Source: Halorhabdus amylolytica (GTDB lineage Archaea; Halobacteriota; Halobacteria; Halobacteriales; Haloarculaceae). Taken from it: DNA of 46,443 nt. Shown here in pieces: positions 23,634 through 32,682 of this stretch. How positions within the stretch are numbered: position 1 is the first letter of the stretch; each line of letters opens with the position of its first letter. Location: contig NZ_SPQG01000001.1 in assembly GCF_004944975.1 (NCBI RefSeq), positions 162,671-209,113 of the forward strand. The letters are read 5' to 3'. The notes under the pieces are model-generated. The model searched no databases, was not told the origin of the DNA, and was given only the letters and a program-made list of their open reading frames with translations. The translations under genes were made by a program, and so were the position numbers.

Positions 23634-24953
23634 TCACCCGAACAGCTGTTTCAGCAATGAACTGAGAAGTTCGAGCGAACTTCGATTCGACGAATCAGGA
23701 TCATTTGCGGAGATCGTTGATTTAGTTGTCTGAGAGCGCTGTACTCCTGTCGTCTCATCCGAGACATACTCTCGCTTTAGAGTCCCGGCTGTTTCCCCCT
23801 CGAGCCCGGGTGCACGTGTTCGTCGCTGCCAGGGGAATTCTTGTGAGTTGGAAGTTTGTGACTGCTCACGAATGGTATTCAGAACCCCTGGATCACTCGG
23901 ATCACTGCCGAAGTTACTGCCATCGGTAAAGTCTGCGTGACCGGATCGAGTTTTGGAAGAACCACCAACTGACGTCGTATATTCGTCTTCCGGGCTACAG
24001 ATCAGTGATACCGATTCGTCGAGAGCGACTGCTCGAAACAACGACGTCAAGTCACGTCGAAAGTCGAGCATCGACTCGTACCGATCATCCTTGTGAGTGG
24101 CAAGTGCCGTTCCGAGCACGCCATCGACCGCTGCCGGTAGAGTCGGATCGATCGCAGTCGGTTTCTCGGGCGCGTCTGTCAGATGGCGATCCATCATCGT
24201 CTTCGGAGATCCGGAAAACGGTGGATCTCCAGTCAACAGTTCATAGATGACGGTCCCAAGCTGATAGATGTCAGTCCGTTCATCCGGCGACCCGAGCGTC
24301 TCCGGATCGAACTGCTCCGGCGCTGAATAGCGGGGAGAAAGCCCATCGACCTCTCGGGAGTGATGGAGAAGTTGCTTGGCAAGGCCCCAATCGCTGACTT
24401 TCGGAACATCCCACGTTCGTGGCGTGGTCGTTCTGAACAGAATGTTCGCCGGTTTGAGATCAAGATGTGCGACCCCATGCCGGTGTGCGTTCCGGACGGC
24501 GTCGGCGACGCGTGCACCGATCCAGAGGGACTCACCGATCCCGGTGTTGCCGATACGATCGGTAAGATCCCTTGAATCCATATATTCGAGTGCGATCCAA
24601 GGGACTGGCGTCGTATCCCAGTCGATGACACCGACAATGCCGTCGTGATCATCGAGTTTTTCCCACGTTTCAGCTTCGGATACGACGGTCTGAAGGATCC
24701 GCTCATCGAGAGTCCCCTGAACACGAGGTTGTTTGATTGCGATCACCGTATCCGATTGTGGGTCCTCCATTTTCGTCACGTCGGCGGTCCCACCGCTTCC
24801 GATTTGGCCGCGTTCCTGTAGGGACGAAAAATCGATGTCGACTGTCGGTTTCGTTGGGATCTGTTCCGGGATCGTCGCGTATTCCGATGGGTTTAGATCC
24901 ATGAATTCGAAATCACTTTCAGGAGTCAGCCGATTTGCTCGGAACCATCTCAC
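23634..24953 (-). CDS. Hanks-type Ser/Thr protein kinase
   Basis: Glycine loop and Lys (GQIGSGGTADV...IAIKQ). Catalytic loop HLDLKPANILF. DFG-equivalent (SDWG). APE (SAPEQ). S/T-rich disordered C-terminus. Alternative start MDLNPSEY at 24902. Confidence 0.85.
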   Translation of the reverse strand: MRWFRANRLTPESDFEFMDLNPSEYATIPEQIPTKPTVDIDFSSLQERGQIGSGGTADVTKMEDPQSDTVIAIKQPRVQGTLDERILQTVVSEAETWEKLDDHDGIVGVIDWDTTPVPWIALEYMDSRDLTDRIGNTGIGESLWIGARVADAVRNAHRHGVAHLDLKPANILFRTTTPRTWDVPKVSDWGLAKQLLHHSREVDGLSPRYSAPEQFDPETLGSPDERTDIYQLGTVIYELLTGDPPFSGSPKTMMDRHLTDAPEKPTAIDPTLPAAVDGVLGTALATHKDDRYESMLDFRRDLTSLFRAVALDESVSLICSPEDEYTTSVGGSSKTRSGHADFTDGSNFGSDPSDPGVLNTIREQSQTSNSQEFPWQRRTRAPGLEGETAGTLKREYVSDETTGVQRSQTTKSTISANDPDSSNRSSLELLSSLLKQLFG

Positions 24954-25506
24954 CTGTCATTCTCCGCTCCGATGTCGAGCCAGGAATCGAATGTGGGTTC
25001 GTCTTGATGCCAACTGCCACGGGCACAGTGGCCCGCGGCTTGTCAGTGGACTCGCCGCGTCGTGCCGAACGTCCTGTTCGGTGTTCACGGGTCTGCATTC
25101 CTGACTTCGGGGCCGGTTGACTGCGGCCCGTGATCGACGACAACTGTAGGCCGACGACTACTATCAGAATGATTGGATTCCAGGATGATACAAATTGTGG
25201 ATAGTTCGGCCAGTGTCGGCCTCCTCCCCGCCCACGGTGGGGCGAGGAATCCGTCTTGCTACCTAGTTTGAAACGATGCGAACTTGTGATCATGTGTGTG
25301 ATACAGTCTCGCCGTAAATAGTATTTCTCCCAGCGATTTCTCTGGATTGGACGAGACTGCACTGACAAGTGAAAAATGACCCGTATCTGGTTCACCGCCG
25401 GTGGATTTCGGTTGTTGACCGATCGCGACACTGCTGTATCGCTAGCACTGTTTCCGAGGCGGTTCACCCTTTGGTTCCAATCGCAGACTGAACGAGAGCG
25501 TTGCCC

Positions 25507-26280
25507 TCACTCCATATCCGGAAATCCCTTTCCACATTCGGGACACGATCGAGCTGATTCCGGGACGGGTTCACCACAGTAGAGACAGTACTTGGTGCTT
25601 GGGCGATCGTTCTGTGTCGTGTCTTTCTCCGCACAGTCGGGACATACCGGTCCGGTGTAGATCCCATGCTCCTCACAGATGTTCTGTGTGTCGCCGCTTC
25701 GATCGCCACCGACGTGCATCTCGTTGGCGACAGTATCCTGCACATCGCCAGAGGTCTCACCATCGACTTCGAGTTCCTTGGCGACCACGTCCTCGACAGT
25801 GGTCCGCTCATCGACGTTCCGTTGATCGCCCATCACAACGTCACCATCGGCATCGACGTCGCCGTCGATAATATACTCCTCACGGGCTTCCCGTTCGACA
25901 GTCAATCTGAATTCCGTCTGATAGCCGACCTTCAGCACGGCATCTCGTCTGATTCGTGCGCTGAATCCTTTCTCAAGTTCCTTCTGGTCGCCCTCTGTCC
26001 GGATGTGAACTCCATTCGTGTTCCCCTCATTTCGGACCTCGATACATTCCGACTCTGGCTTGATGACTATCGGGGCTTCGTCACCGCTCTCCCTGGAGAC
26101 CGTGACATCTGCAATGCCGAGTGTAACCGTCCGTCCGTCAGTGTTGACCGTGATCTGTTGACCGTTATCCGGATCACGGTAGATCTCTGTGCGTGTCTCG
26201 ATCGGAATCCGCCCCATATTTGTCTCTTCAGTTGATAAGTATCCGTTCATGCCGTCCTTTGTAATCAGTAGCTGATTCAC
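25507..26280 (-). CDS. FHA-like domain protein with a C-terminal double zinc ribbon
   Basis: N-terminal segment GRTVTLGIADVTVSRESG...NEGNTNGVHI resembles the FHA GR...SR(xH)...NGT core. C-terminal CPDC...C.YCGEPVPESARSCPECG zinc ribbons. Start codon ambiguous (26280, 26250 or 26217). Confidence 0.5.
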   Translation of the reverse strand: MNQLLITKDGMNGYLSTEETNMGRIPIETRTEIYRDPDNGQQITVNTDGRTVTLGIADVTVSRESGDEAPIVIKPESECIEVRNEGNTNGVHIRTEGDQKELEKGFSARIRRDAVLKVGYQTEFRLTVEREAREEYIIDGDVDADGDVVMGDQRNVDERTTVEDVVAKELEVDGETSGDVQDTVANEMHVGGDRSGDTQNICEEHGIYTGPVCPDCAEKDTTQNDRPSTKYCLYCGEPVPESARSCPECGKGFPDME

Positions 26281-26636
26281 GTATAAGAAACTGTAGGACT
26301 ATGTTAACTCAGGTGATACAGAATCCGCTCTTCGAGTTGCGATCGAGCGATACGCTGGAACGTGGGATGGTCTGACGACGTCTACCGTCAGTGAAACATT
26401 GTCGGTAGGAAACTGTCCAAGCGTATACAATCGTTACTCGAACGCGACCAGCAATGCGGACGATGTGGCTGAAGAATTTGATAGTGACTTAGATATGTCA
26501 GAACCATCCATCGAGACAGCACCATCCAATCAAACGAGTTTGGAAGGGGTTAGTTGGGGCTTCCATAGCCATCCCTGCCTGGCCTCGCCGTCCCAAACCT
26601 TGTTGAATTAGAATCGTTTCTCGAAAATCCTCCACG

Positions 26637-28793
26637 TCAGGAGAAATCCAACGCTAATCCAAAGTCTTCGAGGTATAACTGCTCTCCCTTGCCGTTCGCC
26701 TCTATCTGATCGAAGGCTTCCCGCGCTACACGCACGTCGAAGCCCTCGTCCTCGACGACTTCCTCCAACAGCACGCTGTCGACACCCGCCTCCGCAAGAT
26801 AGCCCGATCGAATTGCGTCCACACAGGCCTCGACCCGCTCGGCGTCGACAGGAAGTTCATAGAGTCCACGATTGTGAGCCGCAACGCCGTCGCTCTCGTC
26901 GTAGACCAATTCGCCCGTCGAGAGGTCGACCAGCACCAGACTCAGATTGCGACTGTACCGCGTCCGGGCAATCTCACCGGCCTCAACCTGCTGGATCACC
27001 CGGTCGGTCCACCCCGTCGGCGAAGCCACGCCCAGAAGGTAGTGGTAGTCGTTCTGCTGGGCCTCGTAGACAGCGCTGTTGACGACCGATAGCAGATCGT
27101 CCAGATCGGCAGGCGAAGCGTCGAAGCCATTGGTTACGAAGGCTTCGAGATGGGACAGCGTCGCCGCTTCGATGACCATCTCTCGACTGCGCGAGAGACC
27201 CAACAATTTGGAACTCGTAACGAAATACCTGGCTCGTCGATTGAGCGGGTATTCCTCGGGTGCACCGTCAGCGGGCAGGAGTCGATCGAGTCGACCCCGT
27301 TCGTTGAGATGTTCGCTCCGATCGTCCCAGTAACCAGCCGGCACCTCGAAAGAACCATCAGGAGTTTCCACGACAGTAGCGTCGTAGACCGACGTATCGA
27401 AGCGGCCGATATAATCCATCTCCAACAGACGCGCCAGCGATGTTCCAACCGCGTTCTCGGGCAACTCGGCTTCATCGCCAGCCAGCGATTCCCGGACGTT
27501 CTCGACGTCCGATTCGAGGTCTCGCTGACGATCTTCGAGTTCGTCGCTGGCTTGTTCGAGACCCTTGCGTTCGTCGGCCAAGTCATCGACTTCCGAATCG
27601 AGTTCCTGCTGTGTCGCGGACAACTCACCACGCGCCTCTTCGATCCCTTTACGTTCCCCCGCGAGCTCGTCGATCTCGGCTTCGAGATCGTCCTGACGTT
27701 TTTCGAGCCGATCCCGAGCAACTCGGATCCCCTGCCGTTCGCGTTCGAGACTGTCGATCTCGCTCCGGAGTTGTTCGCGTTGTTCACGGAGTGCTTCCAA
27801 CTCTTCTTCGACGACGGCCGTCGTTTCCTCGCGGGCGGAAGCCCGGGCCTGCTCTTTGGTCTCCGCTTTGACCTGCTCCAGTTGCTCGATCTTTCGTTCG
27901 AGCCGTTCCTCTAACTCCGATGTCCGGTCGATTCTGCGAGTGAACGCTTCGAGCATCGCCTCCTGCTCGGCGGAGATATCCTCGCGTTGCTCCTCAAGCT
28001 GGTTGATCTCGCTTCGTATCTCCGACCGATCGACGGTTTCGCTGGTGACTGTCCGCTCCAATCGCTGGAGTTCAGCTTCGAACGTCCGCTGCTGGCTACG
28101 GATGTCCGACTCGATCTCGGCCGAGAGGGACTCGAACTCGGCCTGGATCTCTTCGCGGATCATCGCGCGTTCATCAGCCGATTCCGAGACAGCTTGGACG
28201 GCTGCCTCGATCGACTCAACCATATGCTCGAGTCCGTGGGTCTCGACGTAGACGAAAAAGCCCTGGCGGATCTTCTCTCGGCGCTCCTGGTAGCGATCCA
28301 GAAGCTTTCGCATGACGTCGCTCTGAACGTCTGGCTCGTCCATCAACTCGTCCATATTGGCGATCTGCGTCGAAGTGTACTCGGTGACAAGTTCGTACAC
28401 CTCTCCTTCCATCCGGCGGATCTTCTCCTCGATCTCGTCCTCCGAGAGCACGTCGAAGCGCTTGTACCGCTCGAACTCCAGAACGGCCTGTAGTTCGGTG
28501 TCGACAAAGTCCTCGGTCATCGCCCGCGGGATTGACCCTTCGTCGTAGAAACTCGCCGCGAGGAGAAGTCGTGCCAGCCGGAAGTCCCCGCGAACGTCCT
28601 CGCGCTCGCTGTCGGTCAGTCGGTCATACTCCTTGGAAAACTCCCAGACGAACTCCTCTTCGTCGGCTTTGATACTGTTGTACCGTTCGATGCGATCGCG
28701 GTCGGGCAACTTCTGTAAGGCGGCCAGATCTTCCTCCAGGACGACCGCCGACTCGTGGGTCAACTCCTCGAAACGCTGTTGGAACTCGCTCAT
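26637..28793 (-). CDS. Large coiled-coil protein with internal tandem about 28-aa repeats and a globular C-terminal domain (hypothetical)
   Basis: 718 aa. Central region has repeated LExERxGIExARxELxxxQxxLxxEIDxL units. No Walker motifs. ATG overlaps the stop of the upstream small gene (ATGA). Confidence 0.6.
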   Translation of the reverse strand: MSEFQQRFEELTHESAVVLEEDLAALQKLPDRDRIERYNSIKADEEEFVWEFSKEYDRLTDSEREDVRGDFRLARLLLAASFYDEGSIPRAMTEDFVDTELQAVLEFERYKRFDVLSEDEIEEKIRRMEGEVYELVTEYTSTQIANMDELMDEPDVQSDVMRKLLDRYQERREKIRQGFFVYVETHGLEHMVESIEAAVQAVSESADERAMIREEIQAEFESLSAEIESDIRSQQRTFEAELQRLERTVTSETVDRSEIRSEINQLEEQREDISAEQEAMLEAFTRRIDRTSELEERLERKIEQLEQVKAETKEQARASAREETTAVVEEELEALREQREQLRSEIDSLERERQGIRVARDRLEKRQDDLEAEIDELAGERKGIEEARGELSATQQELDSEVDDLADERKGLEQASDELEDRQRDLESDVENVRESLAGDEAELPENAVGTSLARLLEMDYIGRFDTSVYDATVVETPDGSFEVPAGYWDDRSEHLNERGRLDRLLPADGAPEEYPLNRRARYFVTSSKLLGLSRSREMVIEAATLSHLEAFVTNGFDASPADLDDLLSVVNSAVYEAQQNDYHYLLGVASPTGWTDRVIQQVEAGEIARTRYSRNLSLVLVDLSTGELVYDESDGVAAHNRGLYELPVDAERVEACVDAIRSGYLAEAGVDSVLLEEVVEDEGFDVRVAREAFDQIEANGKGEQLYLEDFGLALDFS

Positions 28794-29332
28794 GGTTGTT
28801 GGCTCTTCGCGTAATCGCTCAGTTCTCGTTCGAAGTACTCCCCGAGGAACGCCGGTGCCGGTGGATATCCCTCGACCTGTATCTCTACCGCCGTCTCGCC
28901 ACCGTCCTCCTCGAGTGCGTAGCTGATGTCGGCCCGTCCCTTCTTCGTGTAGACCTCGTATTCGTTGTGTGCGGCCGACTGGAGGACCGCCTTCTTCTTC
29001 GAGAGCATGTACTCGACGAACGGTTCGACGGTTTCGGCCGGCGCACTCACCCGTTCCGTGACAGTCGTCCGCTCGGGTTCGGCCGTGACGTCGACTGGCT
29101 CGAGGCGGTAAGCCCGGACTTGCTCTTCGGGGACCTTCGAGACGAGCTGTTCGTACATCTCCTCGAGGTCGACGCCTTCCGCGATCCGGGATAGTCCCGA
29201 CAGCGTCGACACTTCCCCTTCGGCGTTGTCGAAGAGATATTCGACACGCTTGCGCTCGGCATCGGAGTCGTAGTCAACCACGAACAGGAACTCGCCGTTG
29301 CTGTCACTGGCCATTGTCACTGAACTCGTCAC
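28790..29332 (-). CDS. Small acidic hypothetical protein, translationally coupled to the coiled-coil gene
   Basis: 180-aa ORF with a 4-nt overlap to the downstream gene. The N-terminal beta-alpha pattern (EFLFVVDYDSDAERKRVEYLF) is not confidently assignable. Confidence 0.5.
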   Translation of the reverse strand: MTSSVTMASDSNGEFLFVVDYDSDAERKRVEYLFDNAEGEVSTLSGLSRIAEGVDLEEMYEQLVSKVPEEQVRAYRLEPVDVTAEPERTTVTERVSAPAETVEPFVEYMLSKKKAVLQSAAHNEYEVYTKKGRADISYALEEDGGETAVEIQVEGYPPAPAFLGEYFERELSDYAKSQQP

Positions 29333-29644
29333 GTATGGGAAGGCTAGTCGACACCGGTCGTTGTGAACAGCCGGCCGGAACAGCTGACATGCCGATCGAT
29401 ATCATCGCTGTCTAACACCTCCAACGCTATATACAAAAGCTTTTCTCCAATCTGGAGGGGAGTGGTTGGGACGAAACGGTTATCGAGCCCATTAAGAGCG
29501 CATATAGCACCAATACCCGGAATAGCTTGCGAGAGAATTACGTGTCCCAGGTATCTCCAAAAAGGAGACTAAGCGTATCGGCCAGACAGTAGATAAATTT
29601 AAGTGGGTCTATATGGATGTGTGTGATGTGGAGACAGACAGACC
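29333..29644. promoter_or_regulatory. Divergent promoter region between the two island gene arrays
   Basis: 312-bp gap that is AT-richer than the flanks. A TATA-like tctatat lies about 30 nt upstream of the ATG at 29645, consistent with a leaderless transcript. ttttgtatatag is on the opposite strand for the minus-strand array. Confidence 0.35.
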
Positions 29645-29923
29645 ATGTCAATCATGCTTTGGACGGGGATCGTCTTTGCGGTGAACGTCGTGATGGGGGC
29701 GGCCCTCATAGCGGGTGTGTTCACACTGATGGAACGTCGAATCACGGTTGGGGCATTCGGCGGGATCGCAGTCGGTGCCGGGATGATCTACGCAGAGGCG
29801 ACGGTCGGCGAAGACATCTTCAGTCCGACGATCACCGAGATGAAGTTCTTGGTCATTGCAGCGGCGGCAGGTGCGGTGCTCGGTGTAACCGCTGTCTTGC
29901 TGGCAATCGAGCCGGAGTTGTAG
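29645..29923 (+). CDS. Small three-TM membrane protein (first gene of plus-strand operon)
   Basis: 92 aa with three hydrophobic helices rich in G/A/V. Confidence 0.5.
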   Translation: MSIMLWTGIVFAVNVVMGAALIAGVFTLMERRITVGAFGGIAVGAGMIYAEATVGEDIFSPTITEMKFLVIAAAAGAVLGVTAVLLAIEPEL

Positions 29924-29986
29924 CCTATCGAGTACAAACTACTAAGAACAAACCGACTGACACAGATTCATAGGGTATCACAAACC

Positions 29987-30661
29987 ATGCAAGTACGCGA
30001 CTGGGTTCAGGATTATTTCGGCGAATCGGCCAACTCACTGCTTGATGAGGGCGTCTACAGCGACGAAGACCTGCGACGTGACAAGATCAAACTCCGAAAG
30101 CAGCGCAACCGTATCGAAGAGGAGATGAACCAATATTCAAGCGAGTACAAGGAACTCCTCCAGAAGGGGGCACAGGCCAACGAACTCAAACGGGAAACCT
30201 ACGCGAAAAAGGCCCAAATCGCCAAGAAGAAGTACAAACTCAAGAAAAAGCAGTACCAGAAAAACAGTGTCATCCTCGGGACCGTCGTTAGCGTCGAAGG
30301 CGCTCGCGAACTCCAGGACATGCACGACGGCGACTCGACGGAAATCGAGTCGCTCATCAGCGAGCGCGATATCGACGTCGAGTCCGTCCAGGAGGACATG
30401 ATGAACCAGATGGTCGAGTTCGATCTGGACATGGAGTTGATGCAAGAAGTTCAAGATGGACTAGACATCGACATCATGACGAGCGATATCGGGACCGAGG
30501 ACAGCGAGGAGATGGAGATGATGGAAGAGATGGCAGCTGGCAAGATCACAGAAGAGGAGATCGAAGTCGAGGAGACCGTCGAGACCGGGTCAGTCGAAGA
30601 CGTCACTCTAGAGGACGACCTCGAGGAGATCGACATCGAAGACGAAGAGATAGAGATCTGA
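29987..30661 (+). CDS. ESCRT-III/Snf7/PspA-superfamily protein (Snf7-like)
   Basis: By eye, the segment LLQKGAQANELKRETYAKKAQIAKKKYKLKKKQYQKNSVILGTVVSVEGARELQD parallels the Snf7/CHMP4 alpha1-alpha2 core (FLTKGNKVMAKNALKKKKTIEQLLSKVEGTMESMEQ) and the PspA ALxkGxEDLAREAL motif. Basic N-terminal half, strongly acidic C-terminal half, ending in an amphipathic acidic Leu/Ile helix (DVTLEDDLEEIDIEDEEIEI) like a MIM. The Lys-rich stretch is atypical for haloarchaeal proteins. Confidence 0.55.
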   Translation: MQVRDWVQDYFGESANSLLDEGVYSDEDLRRDKIKLRKQRNRIEEEMNQYSSEYKELLQKGAQANELKRETYAKKAQIAKKKYKLKKKQYQKNSVILGTVVSVEGARELQDMHDGDSTEIESLISERDIDVESVQEDMMNQMVEFDLDMELMQEVQDGLDIDIMTSDIGTEDSEEMEMMEEMAAGKITEEEIEVEETVETGSVEDVTLEDDLEEIDIEDEEIEI

Positions 30662-30691
30662 TCAACGGGAGTATCCCGCGGGAGTAACTGT

Positions 30692-31831
30692 ATGATCGAA
30701 TCGGAAGCTCAGAAGGAAATCTTAGAGGACAAGTACGAACAATACCGCGGGAAGGCCGATGCTTATCGAGCAAAAGGCGAAGCCGATCGAGCGGCCCGTT
30801 TCTACCGGAAGGCTGCCGAGACGGTCGACCGTATCGCGGACGTCGAGACCAGCGATACGCTCACCGAAAAGCGCCACGACCTCGCCGAGAACCTCCGGAC
30901 AGCTTCGACTCAACTCGAAGAGACCGGCTCGTTGTCGGATGATTCGCCAGTCGAAAACGAGAACGACGAGTCCGACGACGGAAGTGCAGCTCGATCGACG
31001 GGATCAGCGTCGGAAGAGACGGATCACCCGGATGCAGAGCAATTCCTTGCGGATCCGCCGGAGATGAACTTCGGGGATGTTGGAGGGATGAGCGAACTGA
31101 AGGAGACGCTGAAGGACAAGGTGATCGACCCGCTGGAGCGACCGGAACTGTACGAACAGTACGACCTTGGTGTCGTGAACGCGATCTTGCTGTATGGGCC
31201 ACCGGGAACGGGGAAGACCTACGTTACAGAGGCACTCGCGGGCGAACTCGGTTACAACTTCGTCGATGTCAGAGCGACGGATATCACGAGTTCACTCGTC
31301 GGCGAAGCCGCCGACAACGTCGCGGATCTGTTCACGGTCGCTCGTAATCACCAGCCGTGTCTGGTCTTCATCGACGAGATCGACGCTCTGATGCCTTCCC
31401 GAGTAGGTGGATCCCAGAAGACCCAAAGCCAGCGACAGATGGTCAACCAGTTCCTGACTGAGTTGACCGAGACCCGCGGCGAGGACGTCATCGTCGTGGG
31501 GGCGACGAACCTCCCCGATGAGGTCGACGACGCTGCAGTCAGTCGTTTCCAGGAACGCATCGAGGTACCGCCACCGGGCGCATCGGCACGGGCGGCGATA
31601 CTGCGCGTCCACTTTCGGAGCCGGCCGGTCCTTCACGAAGAGATCGACTGGGACCATATCAAAGATCTGACTTCGGGGTACTCCGCTCGGGATTTGGAGA
31701 TCGTCGCCACGGAAGCTGCCCGGATCGCGCTCGAAGAGGCTCGCGAACGTGACGACCTCCAGCCGATCACCCAAAACCATCTGGCCGAAGCGGTCAACGC
31801 GACTGAACCGTCGCTGTCCGGGGGTGGGTGA
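30692..31831 (+). CDS. AAA+ ATPase with an N-terminal MIT-like three-helix domain (Vps4/CdvC-like, meiotic-clade type)
   Basis: Walker A ILLYGPPGTGKTYV. Walker B CLVFIDEIDAL. Sensor-1 VGATNLPDEVD. SRH AVSRFQERIEVPPP (cf. Vps4 RRFEKRIYIPLP). N-terminal 75 aa YRGKADAYRAKGEADRAARFYRKAAETVDRIADVE...LAENLRTASTQLEE resembles a MIT domain, joined by an acidic linker. Located 30 nt downstream of the Snf7-like gene. Confidence 0.8.
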   Translation: MIESEAQKEILEDKYEQYRGKADAYRAKGEADRAARFYRKAAETVDRIADVETSDTLTEKRHDLAENLRTASTQLEETGSLSDDSPVENENDESDDGSAARSTGSASEETDHPDAEQFLADPPEMNFGDVGGMSELKETLKDKVIDPLERPELYEQYDLGVVNAILLYGPPGTGKTYVTEALAGELGYNFVDVRATDITSSLVGEAADNVADLFTVARNHQPCLVFIDEIDALMPSRVGGSQKTQSQRQMVNQFLTELTETRGEDVIVVGATNLPDEVDDAAVSRFQERIEVPPPGASARAAILRVHFRSRPVLHEEIDWDHIKDLTSGYSARDLEIVATEAARIALEEARERDDLQPITQNHLAEAVNATEPSLSGGG

Positions 31832-31832
31832 T

Positions 31833-32621
31833 GTGCCCGCAAAGACTGGAGCATCGCACGCCGTAGCTGCGTTCGTCAGTATCCTGCTTGGCGGCCTCAT
31901 CAGCGATCTCTTGGGCACGTACGCCACGGCGTTCACCGACCTTGGACGGGTCATCGGCAGGCCCGTTGCCAGTACGATCGGGCTCGCAATACCGGCCACG
32001 ACGACCGGCCATCTCCTGATCGCAACGGTACTCGCTTTCGGCTGGGGTGTCGCCTATCATTACGCCCGACATGGAGACGACGACGGCGAAACCGAGAATG
32101 TGGGAGCTCTTTCGAAGAACAGTGGAGTCGATCACCCCTCGAATCCCGACGACAGTGATGGATCCGAGGCGTTAGCCGGTGTTGTCACGGTCGACTACAC
32201 CCCCGATTCAGCACGGACCGCCGACGCGGAAGTCGGATCGTACCTCGAATCCACACTGCGTGACGACGTTCGCCCCAAATTGGCAGCGACACACGACCTG
32301 CTCGTCGACAGAGAACGACGCGAACTCGCCGAGCGTGTGTCATCACTGGCATCGGACATCGAAACGATCGAGCGAGCAATCTCGCCGTCACTCGAGACGA
32401 CAATGCCCGATCCGGGGCGTCGAAATGGACTCAAAGACTCACACAGTGACCTTCTCGAGACAGTAACGGCTCTCCGGGCGAGCACATCTATTCTTGAATC
32501 CGCACTACGAGAGGGGCAACCCGACGTAGCTATCAAGGAGTGTCGATCCCGATACGAGGAACTGCGCGAGGCCAACGAGCGACGTCGACGACTCATCGAA
32601 CAGGCGAGTGAGACTCTATGA
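31833..32621 (+). CDS. Two-TM membrane protein with a cytoplasmic coiled-coil domain
   Basis: ORF 31749..32621. The only plausible start after the AAA stop is GTG at 31833 (GTGATGTG context), 2 nt after the AAA stop. TM helices AVAAFVSILLGGLISDLLG and HLLIATVLAFGWGVAYHYA. Acidic coiled-coil C-terminus. Confidence 0.5.
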   Translation: MPAKTGASHAVAAFVSILLGGLISDLLGTYATAFTDLGRVIGRPVASTIGLAIPATTTGHLLIATVLAFGWGVAYHYARHGDDDGETENVGALSKNSGVDHPSNPDDSDGSEALAGVVTVDYTPDSARTADAEVGSYLESTLRDDVRPKLAATHDLLVDRERRELAERVSSLASDIETIERAISPSLETTMPDPGRRNGLKDSHSDLLETVTALRASTSILESALREGQPDVAIKECRSRYEELREANERRRRLIEQASETL

Positions 32622-32682
32622 GACAGCCAGAAGCGACCAGGATCGTACAGCCAGCTAACGACCGGGCCGGGAGGAAGCGCCA

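Noticed and set aside
24919-25467. 182-aa ORF on the minus strand in the gap between the FHA-like gene and the kinase
   Set aside because: Arg-rich, low-complexity translation without domain features. More likely a non-coding 5' leader/promoter region for the kinase. Kept as intergenic.
26399-26611. 70-aa plus-strand ORF between the FHA-like gene and the coiled-coil gene
   Set aside because: No sensible start context or features. Lies antisense to a probable promoter region.
28790-29332. Possible Cas2-like resemblance of the N-terminus (EFLFVVDYDSDAERKRVEYLF)
   Set aside because: Only a superficial beta-strand/KR-helix pattern. No CRISPR repeats, cas1 or other cas genes anywhere in the window.
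31749-31832. Upstream extension of the membrane-protein ORF (MTTSSRSPKT...) overlapping the 3' end of the AAA ATPase gene
   Set aside because: No ATG in frame after the AAA stop. The extension is an alternative frame of the ATPase C-terminus. GTG at 31833 gives a start immediately after the ATPase stop.
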